Source: Candidatus Magasanikbacteria bacterium RIFCSPHIGHO2_02_FULL_48_18 (lineage in GTDB: Bacteria; Patescibacteriota; Patescibacteriia; Magasanikbacterales; UBA922). Taken from it: 64,000 nt of DNA. The DNA lies in assembly GCA_001784285.1 (NCBI GenBank), contig MFQC01000009.1:8828-72827 (forward strand), read 5' to 3'. Of the stretch, positions 1 through 6,326 are shown in pieces. The notes below the pieces were generated by a model. That model ran no database searches, was not told the DNA's origin, and saw only the letters and a list, made by a program, of their open reading frames with translations. Every line of letters starts with the position of its first letter. The stretch's first letter is position 1. The position numbers and the translations under genes were made by a program.

Positions 1-3000
1 TCCTATAAATCCAAGATATTTTCTTTCTATGCCCTTCATTGCGGCGTCAAATACTTGCTCAGGACTGGTGATATTCTCACCTCTGTCATCTTTCAACACT
101 TTTCCACCCTTCAAAAAAGCGCCTTTCAAAACAACCTGCCCGGCAAAAAGTTCTTGAACCGATGAAGCGGTTTGCCAATCTTTTTTTCCTTTGTTTGGAT
201 CTTCAATTCGAATAATCTTGCCATCCTTATCGGCAAATCCGTCTTTTTTTATTTTTTTAATTTTTCCTTGCCCCTCAAGGACTTGCTGGCCAGCGGACAA
301 CTGAGTAATCGCGTTCCCTTCCGCATCACGCAAAATAATGCCCTGTTCATCATAGTACGAACCCTTTTTTACCGCAGTCATCGCCCCGTATTTATTGTTC
401 AAAAATTCCTCTTGTGTTACCACGGATCCATCTGCATTTTCAATGAGGTGCTCTTTATGTTCAATACCATGAACATTGTTCTCCAATAGCTCGTCGACAC
501 TTGCGGCCTCCCTTTCGCCTCCCTTTCCATCGGGAACCATAAGCACTTTGCCATCCTCACCAACAAATCGCTGTTCTGAATTGAGAACACGCTCGAGCAT
601 CTTAAATTCTCCTTCCGGTCCAAAGGCTCTTTTTGTGGCTTCAAATTCATCCCGTTCTGCCGGGGAAAGACCATTTCTGTATTCTTCATCGGTTTCGTAT
701 CGTTCAATAGCCTGTCCCATGGAGTTAATGGCATCATCAAGATTTGCATTTTCCGCGAGATTACTCAACATGCCATACATGTGTTTTTGCACATCCATGG
801 AAACTCCTTCTTTCCCCTGCATACGCGCCTGCTCTCTATGAAACGCAAGCCGCATCAATGCCGCGCCGCCAAACTCGGCGCGTCCGGCTTCGTCAACGCG
901 GTTTAATGATTCGGCAATACGCTTTGCAGACGCCACAAACGACTGCGCGTAGGTGGCTTTCCCTTGCGCAGGCGCTTCAATAAAGGTGCCTTCCACTTCG
1001 GACTGCGTTTCTCCTTTAACAATGGCCATATTTTCTTCGTGCTCTTCCGCAAATTTTGCCTGTTGAATGGCGCGCGCAAAAACAGACGCGGCGTCATTGC
1101 CTTGAAGAAGCCAGAGATCCAAGTTGCCTTTATCTTTCATTTTTCTAAATTTGTCGAGCGACGACTCAAACACTTTTTCGAGATGCGCATTTTTCATGCC
1201 CTTGACGATGTCCTCGCCGATTTTCGCGCCTATCTCGGCTTCGCCAAGCTGTTCGGCGAGCTTTTTGCCGAGTGGCCCCATCCACACAGCCTCGGTGGCC
1301 TTGCTTTGCGCTTCTTTCAGTTTTTCTTCGGCCACGCGATTGGTTTCATGTTGCACAATATACTGGGCCGCGTTTCGAGAAGCCCTGCTATACACGCCCT
1401 CATCGCGTTTTGGCACCCAAGTGCGTTTGGATCCTTTCCACCGTTCCGGATGATTGATCCCGCTGATAGTGTCCCCGACCGCTTTAACATTTGCGGGGTT
1501 ACTGCGGAATTCTTCAAGACGAGAGTCGCTGTCAATCACCACTTCTTTGCCTCTCTCGTCCTTAATTGTTTTCTTTTGTTTTCTGCGTTTAAATTCTGCT
1601 TTTCCGGCTTCATCCATTCCTTGATACCCATGGTACTCATCGCCATGTTTTTTCTGCATCCACGCGTCAAATTGTTTATTTTGTTGTGCCACAATTTCCG
1701 GGTCCGCCAAAAATTCATCCTCTACCTTTACCTCTTGGTCCGCCCCTATCTGAGTGAATTTCATCCATCCTGACCTCGACTTATCACTGGAAAGAGCGGC
1801 ATACTCCTTATATTCATTAGGATGCTCAACCTCCAGCCATTGTCCAAATTGTTTTAGTTGCTCTGCCGAGACTTCCGGATCCTTCGCAAATTCTTCGTCT
1901 AAGGAACCAAGATCTTTTTGCACCTCAACGGACTTAGTTACTTTTTTCTTTTGTTTGTCAGTGATAAGTTTTGTTTTCCCGGGTTCGTCCGCGGCAGTGT
2001 AGTTCACGTACGCACCCGCATTTTCTTTTTGAAGCCATCGTTCAAATTGTTGTGTTTGTTCAGGGGCAACCATAGAATCTTTTCGAAATTCTTCCAGATG
2101 TTGTTTTTTAAATTCCCATTGTTGGAGCGTATTCATTTCCTTATACCCGTTGTATTGCACCGGATCTTTTGCTTTTATCCAATTTCGAAACTTTTTATCC
2201 TCATCTTCCACAAATTCCGGCGTGTGACGAAACTCGTCAATAAACGAAGGGGCATCTTCTTCCACTTCTTTTTGCTGTTTTACCGTCGTGGTTCGTTTCT
2301 TTTCGCGAAACGCTTTTTTCCCCTCGTCATCCAGCGCGGCATAGCCTTGGTACTCGTCCGCGTGCTCTTTTTCCATCCACCCCTCAAACTCATGATCTTC
2401 CGCGGCGACCACCAATTGGCGCCCTTCTTTGAGAAGGCGTTCTCTGTTTCGATGTTCACGCGACTTTTTGTTTTCCGGACTGCGCATCTGAATCGCGGCC
2501 ATCTCCTGATATTCCGCAAAATTTCTCCGAGCGGTCATGGCATCAAGCCCAACTATACCCACATACTTTTTCTGTTTGATTTTATTCCCATCTTTATCAA
2601 CTTTATCTCTCATTTCATACGCTGTCGTGCCATCCGCGTTCTTTTTTTCCACTCTTTCTTGTTCATATTTAAAGTCGCCTTTTTCATCGTCCCATTCATA
2701 GTCAACCTGGCCCAATCTTTTTAGAATTGGTATTTGGCCAAACACCTTATTAACCAGAGCCGTACCGGCCAAAGACAGAGGGGGTTCATTTTTACTCATG
2801 TCTTTGGCGCGACTGTCTTTTTGCTGTTTTTTTACCGCCTCGACACGATCATCGAGTTTATCCTGATATTCTTCATTATACCCCCCAATAAGAGGGATAT
2901 GACGAATATACTTATTTTGCCGTCGAAACTCATCCAAACGTTTCCCGGCGCGAATCCAACTTCGGCCGCCAATAAAAGGCGCGTTCATAAGGCTCTTCTT

Positions 3001-4125
3001 GCCTTTTTCCAATCCTTTCCCCACCAACCACCGTCCGGCCGCGTACCCGCTCGCGATGGTTGCCACTTTCTTTCCAAAATCAAGGACTCCCCCGACAAAA
3101 CTGCCCCCGACAGCGCCAACTTTTTGGACCGCCGTGAGCCCGACAAACAAAAATGCGATAGCAATAAAAAAATTTGCCATGTTTTCCCACGTGGTCACTT
3201 CGCTTGAGGACACTTTGAGCGTGCCCCCGGGAACGCCTGCCTGCTGAAGCACTTTTTGCGCGTCCGAGCCGTCAATATTGAGTCCCAAATCCGACATGGC
3301 AACGTCGCCCGTTCCAAGCGTGGCAAACGCAAGCCAGAGAAAGAATACCGCGACCGGCGCCACAATCACTTCTTTACCAAACATGGACCACCATTCTTTT
3401 GCGTACTGTTTGGTTTGCGGAATAACGTTCATGATATACGCCATTGGCGACAAAATAATCAACACCCACAATACAATGACCCGGAGTATCATCACAAACA
3501 AATACGCGCCAACAACCGCAAGTCCCATGAGCGCAAAAACAAAGGCCATAACCGCGCCGCCAAAGAGTTTAATGTCAATGCCTCCGGTCATAATATCTTC
3601 ACCGACCACATTGAGAATCGAGTTCATGCGGAGCATTTCAATAAGGTTGCCCCCGGCCGTGTTTTGGATGGCCGTCACAAAGGTCATGGTAAAGATATGC
3701 GCGGCGTCAATAATAAGGCCGGCAATGAGTTTGCTGAAATTGACAAGAAGCGCCGCCAAGATAAAATGCGCAAGCGTTTTTTTCCATTCGTATTGTTCAA
3801 TACCAAGGACCGTGCCAAACGCGATAACAAGCAATACCACCACAAAAAACATATTGGCAACGTCGCGCACCATAAACCAGCCGATGACGACGGTCGGTGT
3901 GTCAACATAGCCATTATATTTTGCGAGTTCGACAAAAAATTTGAAGAAAAACATGGTCAAGCTCATGAGCACAGTGGCAAGCTCAATCAAAATCCACGAC
4001 GCAAAGTGCAAGAGCGCGTCAAAAACGCCGGTTGCGACATCACCCAGCAAATCAAAAATCGCGTTTGCCGGTGTGGCGGTGAAAACCAGCCCGGAGACAA
4101 CAAAAAATAAGAAGATCGGCGTCAT
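1..4125 (-). CDS. TrbL/VirB6-like polytopic membrane protein with long charged C-terminal tail (partial, runs off the left edge; at least 1375 aa)
   Basis: Absent from the ORF track, consistent with no in-window stop. Manual spot translation from ATG 4125 (alternative GTG 4176) is open at every point checked, including the window edge, and gives MTPIFLFFVVSGLVFTATPANA...GWFMVRDVANMFFVVVLLVIAFGTVLGIEQYEWKKTLAHFILAALLVNFSKLIAGLIID, a motif typical of Patescibacteria VirB6/TrbL-like proteins. The long + strand ORFs 172/964/1918/2734/3256 are its antisense shadows. Confidence 0.8.
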   Translation of the reverse strand, partial: MTPIFLFFVVSGLVFTATPANAIFDLLGDVATGVFDALLHFASWILIELATVLMSLTMFFFKFFVELAKYNGYVDTPTVVIGWFMVRDVANMFFVVVLLVIAFGTVLGIEQYEWKKTLAHFILAALLVNFSKLIAGLIIDAAHIFTMTFVTAIQNTAGGNLIEMLRMNSILNVVGEDIMTGGIDIKLFGGAVMAFVFALMGLAVVGAYLFVMILRVIVLWVLIILSPMAYIMNVIPQTKQYAKEWWSMFGKEVIVAPVAVFFLWLAFATLGTGDVAMSDLGLNIDGSDAQKVLQQAGVPGGTLKVSSSEVTTWENMANFFIAIAFLFVGLTAVQKVGAVGGSFVGGVLDFGKKVATIASGYAAGRWLVGKGLEKGKKSLMNAPFIGGRSWIRAGKRLDEFRRQNKYIRHIPLIGGYNEEYQDKLDDRVEAVKKQQKDSRAKDMSKNEPPLSLAGTALVNKVFGQIPILKRLGQVDYEWDDEKGDFKYEQERVEKKNADGTTAYEMRDKVDKDGNKIKQKKYVGIVGLDAMTARRNFAEYQEMAAIQMRSPENKKSREHRNRERLLKEGRQLVVAAEDHEFEGWMEKEHADEYQGYAALDDEGKKAFREKKRTTTVKQQKEVEEDAPSFIDEFRHTPEFVEDEDKKFRNWIKAKDPVQYNGYKEMNTLQQWEFKKQHLEEFRKDSMVAPEQTQQFERWLQKENAGAYVNYTAADEPGKTKLITDKQKKKVTKSVEVQKDLGSLDEEFAKDPEVSAEQLKQFGQWLEVEHPNEYKEYAALSSDKSRSGWMKFTQIGADQEVKVEDEFLADPEIVAQQNKQFDAWMQKKHGDEYHGYQGMDEAGKAEFKRRKQKKTIKDERGKEVVIDSDSRLEEFRSNPANVKAVGDTISGINHPERWKGSKRTWVPKRDEGVYSRASRNAAQYIVQHETNRVAEEKLKEAQSKATEAVWMGPLGKKLAEQLGEAEIGAKIGEDIVKGMKNAHLEKVFESSLDKFRKMKDKGNLDLWLLQGNDAASVFARAIQQAKFAEEHEENMAIVKGETQSEVEGTFIEAPAQGKATYAQSFVASAKRIAESLNRVDEAGRAEFGGAALMRLAFHREQARMQGKEGVSMDVQKHMYGMLSNLAENANLDDAINSMGQAIERYETDEEYRNGLSPAERDEFEATKRAFGPEGEFKMLERVLNSEQRFVGEDGKVLMVPDGKGGEREAASVDELLENNVHGIEHKEHLIENADGSVVTQEEFLNNKYGAMTAVKKGSYYDEQGIILRDAEGNAITQLSAGQQVLEGQGKIKKIKKDGFADKDGKIIRIEDPNKGKKDWQTASSVQELFAGQVVLKGAFLKGGKVLKDDRGENITSPEQVFDAAMKGIERKYLGFIG

Positions 4126-4315
4126 CCATTTTTTTGCTCGGAAGAGCGACGTTATTTTTTTTCCAACATGCTTCACAGCCAAGAAATCATGGAGTGATCA
4201 ATTGTGAAGAAGTATAGCATAAAAAAGAAAAAAAATGGAGAAAAAATCGTTATTTTGGGGATAGTATTTCATAAACACGTTATCCACTTTTTATCCTTGA
4301 CAAACCTTTGTCACC

Positions 4316-4344
4316 TTGACAAAACGGCTTTTTTGTGCTTTAAT
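4316..4344 (+). promoter_or_regulatory. sigma70-type promoter facing the tRNA-like array
   Basis: TTGACA(4316-4321)-17 nt-TTTAAT(4339-4344), preceded by an extended -10 TG. Confidence 0.45.
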
Positions 4345-4399
4345 AGAATTGGAGAATTGTGTTTATTTTTTCGCTTGAAAAAAGCAAAAAGCTCTTTAA

Positions 4400-4462
4400 A
4401 AAAACAAAAAGGCTTGCACACACAAGCCTCCTTCGGTGGTGGACCGTGGGGGAATTGAACCC
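4400..4462. repeat. 63-bp exact direct repeat A, copy 1 (terminator plus tRNA-like 3' end)
   Basis: Identical to 4735-4797; identity ends just beyond the T-loop. Confidence 0.95.
4401..4429 (-). terminator. intrinsic terminator downstream of tRNA-like RNA 1
   Basis: Minus strand AGGCTTG-TGTGTG-CAAGCCT followed by TTTTGTTTT. Confidence 0.8.
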
Positions 4463-4509
4463 CAAGAGTGAGGATGGTAAGCCTACTCGTGCACCTGCAC
4501 ACACGGCCC
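4437..4509 (-). tRNA. atypical tRNA-like RNA 1 (73 nt; anticodon ambiguous, TAC/Val or ACC/Gly; G3.U70)
   Basis: GGGCCGT GT GTGC-AGGT-GCAC GAGTAGG-CTTACCAT-CCTCACTC T TGGGG-TTCAATT-CCCCC ACGGTCC ACCA: 7-bp acceptor stem, 4-nt D-loop, 8-nt anticodon loop with a bulged stem, canonical T-loop, encoded CCA. Confidence 0.55.
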
Positions 4510-4525
4510 ATAGTCCACCAAAAAA

Positions 4526-4534
4526 AGTATACCA
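4526..4534 (-). promoter_or_regulatory. extended -10 promoter for tRNA-like RNA 1
   Basis: TG-G-TATACT, then 6 nt, then GGTGGAC leader; same spacing as in cassette 2. Confidence 0.55.
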
Positions 4535-4535
4535 T

Positions 4536-4577
4536 AAAAGAAAATCCTCAACAAAGAATTTATGTTGAGGACTTTCT
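4536..4577 (-). terminator. intrinsic terminator of sRNA 1
   Basis: AGAAAGTCCTCAACA-TAAATTCTT-TGTTGAGGATTTTCT-TTT. Confidence 0.7.
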
Positions 4578-4631
4578 CCGGGATTCACCCGACCGAATAT
4601 GCAGTTTTATACGAAGTAGGTTTACCATCCT
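4536..4631 (-). ncRNA. putative ~95-nt small RNA complementary to tRNA-like RNA 1
   Basis: Bounded by TTGACA-17-TATCCT and a 15-bp terminator hairpin. Its predicted 5' end AGGAUGGUAAACCUACU pairs 16/17 with the anticodon arm AGUAGGCUUACCAUCCU. Confidence 0.55.
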
Positions 4632-4637
4632 AAAACA

Positions 4638-4666
4638 AGGATACCCCATTTTAAAAACCCTGTCAA
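4638..4666 (-). promoter_or_regulatory. sigma70 promoter of sRNA 1
   Basis: TTGACA(4666-4661)-17 nt-TATCCT(4643-4638); the same -35/-10 pair occurs upstream of nusA. Confidence 0.65.
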
Positions 4667-4709
4667 GTGGAAAAATGATAGATCACTCCATCCAAACAAA
4701 CCAATTGAG

Positions 4710-4738
4710 ATAGAGTAATCCATCGTTCTTTCACAAAA
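4710..4738. repeat. 29-bp exact direct repeat B, copy 1
   Basis: ATAGAGTAATCCATCGTTCTTTCACAAAA, identical to 5017-5045. Confidence 0.95.
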
Positions 4739-4797
4739 ACAAAAAGGCTTGCACACACAAGCCTCCTTCGGTGGTGGACCGTGGGGGAATTGAACCC
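4735..4797. repeat. 63-bp exact direct repeat A, copy 2
   Basis: Identical to 4400-4462 (offset 335 bp); contains the terminator and 3' end of tRNA-like RNA 2. Confidence 0.95.
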
Positions 4798-4847
4798 GTT
4801 CCACTGTGTGTCAAGTACAGCATGCTCACCAGATACACTACTGGCCC
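4772..4847 (-). tRNA. atypical/chimeric tRNA-like RNA 2 (76 nt; probably GAC/Val, alternatively TGA; G3.U70)
   Basis: GGGCCAG TA GTGT-ATCTGGTGA-GCAT G CTGT-ACTTGACAC-ACAG TGGA ACGGG-TTCAATT-CCCCC ACGGTCC ACCA. U8, D-loop GG, T-loop and CCA are present. Acceptor pairs 6-7 and the two outer T-stem pairs are mismatched. Confidence 0.5.
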
Positions 4848-4866
4848 TTACTAGTCCACCAAATTT

Positions 4867-4875
4867 ATATTAACA
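4867..4875 (-). promoter_or_regulatory. extended -10 promoter for tRNA-like RNA 2
   Basis: TG-T-TAATAT, then 6 nt, then GGTGGAC leader. Confidence 0.5.
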
Positions 4876-4946
4876 TAAAAATCTCCCCGGAGGAAGATCT
4901 TTACGTTGACACACAGTTTCAACCAGTAGAAATCTAGTTGCTGTAC
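4876..4946 (-). ncRNA. putative ~70-nt small RNA complementary to tRNA-like RNA 2
   Basis: GUACAGCA-ACUAGAU-UU-CUACUGG-UUGAA-ACUGUGUGUCAA-CGUA followed by a terminator hairpin (AAAGATCTTCC-TCCG-GGGAGATTTTT). Each block complements part of tRNA-like RNA 2. Confidence 0.55.
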
Positions 4947-4952
4947 AAAAAT

Positions 4953-4982
4953 ACAATATCACATATCTGGAAACTTTGTCAA
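4953..4982 (-). promoter_or_regulatory. sigma70 promoter of sRNA 2
   Basis: TTGACA(4982-4977)-18 nt-TATTGT(4958-4953) with an extended -10 TG. Confidence 0.55.
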
Positions 4983-5016
4983 GCGAAAGCCCGATGGTTT
5001 ACCCGATTAAAATACA

Positions 5017-5045
5017 ATAGAGTAATCCATCGTTCTTTCACAAAA
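5017..5045. repeat. 29-bp exact direct repeat B, copy 2
   Basis: Identical to 4710-4738. Confidence 0.95.
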
Positions 5046-5194
5046 TGACAATTCTCTCCATAATGGACGAGAACTGTCTTACAAATACAGCGCGTGTGAG
5101 GCGGAAATTGCTCTGCTTCCGGAAATACCCGGGAGAGAGCCATGAAAGCCTAATAATATTGCGAACTCCTAAAAGCAACACGGCGCCTGCCGAA

Positions 5195-5246
5195 TGGAGC
5201 GGTTGGATGTGTCATCCTGATCAGAATGACATACCCAACTGCTCCA
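5195..5246. repeat. 52-bp imperfect inverted repeat centred on CTGATCAG
   Basis: TGGAGCGGTTGGATGTGTCAT...ATGACATACCCAACTGCTCCA. Confidence 0.8.
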
Positions 5247-5308
5247 CGGACAAGGCGAAACCGTGGGACCACAATGCCGCATCCAGGCGGCGAGACAGGA
5301 GGTGCCAC

Positions 5309-6043
5309 ATGGCACGTTTCATCGCCCTCGCCGCCACCCTGGCGGCGTGCTTCTTCCTCGCGTGCGAGGAGGAAGGGACTGGTCCCACCGACGGGACCAC
5401 TGCGACGACAACGGGCTCCGCCGCAGGCGAGCCCACCACCCCCAGCAACGACGGCAACGACTGCACCGACAACAACCCGTGCACCGAGGAGACGTGCGAC
5501 GGCGACGTTTGCACGACCCATACTGAGTCGTGCAACGACAACGGATGCACCGAGGAATGGTGCAACCAATGGGGGTGCTCCAGTTGCACCAACTGGAGCA
5601 GTGGCGCCTCGGGGTGCACAGGCACCCCGGGCGGCCCTACTGCCCCCATTGTCGACCCCGACCCCCCTGGCGACGACCCCGTCCCCCCGCCGGAGGTCGA
5701 CTGCTCGGCCTGGACAACTCTCCTTTCCGGCACGTTCTACGAGCCGGAGCTGATCGGGGAGTTCGAAGTCCCTGGTTTTATTCAGTACCTCGAACCGGAC
5801 TTCGAGGGGATCGTCGGCGCGGGCTACGGCCTGTGCCGGTCGTCTGTTGATGACGCAATCGGCGTCGTCGACAACGTGTGGGGTGTGCTCGATGGAGCAG
5901 GAAAGAACATCGCCTGTGGACCGTTCCCGGGCGATAGTGTGCTCCACTTCGAGCCGATCGACAGCGACTGCATCAAAATCGGAGGGACTGCCCTTACAAA
6001 CTGGAGCATCCCCAACGATTTTTTGATTGCATGCCGACTGTGA
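5309..6043 (+). CDS. GC-rich Cys-rich putative lipoprotein (244 aa)
   Basis: AGGAGG at 5297-5302 before ATG 5309; signal peptide with lipobox FFLAC; Thr/Gly linker; DCTDNNPCTEETC repeats; Pro-rich linker. Confidence 0.8.
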   Translation: MARFIALAATLAACFFLACEEEGTGPTDGTTATTTGSAAGEPTTPSNDGNDCTDNNPCTEETCDGDVCTTHTESCNDNGCTEEWCNQWGCSSCTNWSSGASGCTGTPGGPTAPIVDPDPPGDDPVPPPEVDCSAWTTLLSGTFYEPELIGEFEVPGFIQYLEPDFEGIVGAGYGLCRSSVDDAIGVVDNVWGVLDGAGKNIACGPFPGDSVLHFEPIDSDCIKIGGTALTNWSIPNDFLIACRL

Positions 6044-6124
6044 AACCCAAGAGCGCCAGGTCCCGCCTCACACGCCTGCGCTCGCTGTATATAGAAACAC
6101 TTCTGTTCTGTATAGAGCGTACCA

Positions 6125-6150
6125 AAAAATCCCCGTTCGGGGGATTTTTT
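6125..6150. terminator. bidirectional intrinsic terminator
   Basis: AAAAAATCCCC-GTTC-GGGGATTTTTT between convergent genes. Confidence 0.8.
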
Positions 6151-6177
6151 GTTTGTCTTCGTTGAAGAAAAGGAATC

Positions 6178-6310
6178 CCTGCCTGCCGGTAGGCAGGGCA
6201 GGCAGGCTTCTGCGCCCAGGGCGCATCAGGATGACAACATCAAACCCAGAAAACTTAACCTCCGCCCAAGGCAGCCCGCCCGCCTTTGGCGGGGATCAGC
6301 CTTTGGCTGA
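6178..6310. repeat. cluster of short GC-rich REP-like palindromes
   Basis: CCTGCCTGCCGGTAGGCAGG, TGCGCCCAGGGCGCA, CCCGCCTTTGGCGGG, TCAGCCTTTGGCTGA. Confidence 0.6.
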
Positions 6311-6326
6311 AACTCAGTCAACTATT

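Noticed and set aside
172-4110. Long plus-strand ORFs (964-1773, 1918-2724, 3256-4110)
   Set aside because: All are in the frame antisense to the VirB6-like gene; shadow ORFs.
4511-4631. T-box riboswitch
   Set aside because: UGGUGGAC resembles the T-box UGGN bulge, but there is no Stem I (AG box/GNUG), the motif lies downstream of the terminator, and complementarity to the tRNA-like RNA extends far beyond a 3-nt specifier.
4189-4691. 11-bp inverted repeat ATGGAGTGATC / GATCACTCCAT
   Set aside because: Short enough to occur by chance and does not match the cassette boundaries.
4204-4804. Short ORFs over the RNA array (e.g. 4311-4535, 4359-4568, 4622-4804)
   Set aside because: They cross terminators, repeats and tRNA-like structure and have no protein-like features.
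4400-5045. CRISPR array or tmRNA
   Set aside because: Only two units with 220-250 bp interiors and no cas genes. The G3.U70 and ...UCCACCA end recall tmRNA, but each unit closes as a 73-76 nt cloverleaf with no tag ORF or pseudoknot region.
5250-5280. c-di-GMP-I riboswitch
   Set aside because: Only superficial GGCGAAACC/GGGAC similarity; the P2/P3 architecture is missing.
5045-5308. N-terminal extension of the lipoprotein ORF
   Set aside because: The Shine-Dalgarno and signal peptide place the start at 5309.
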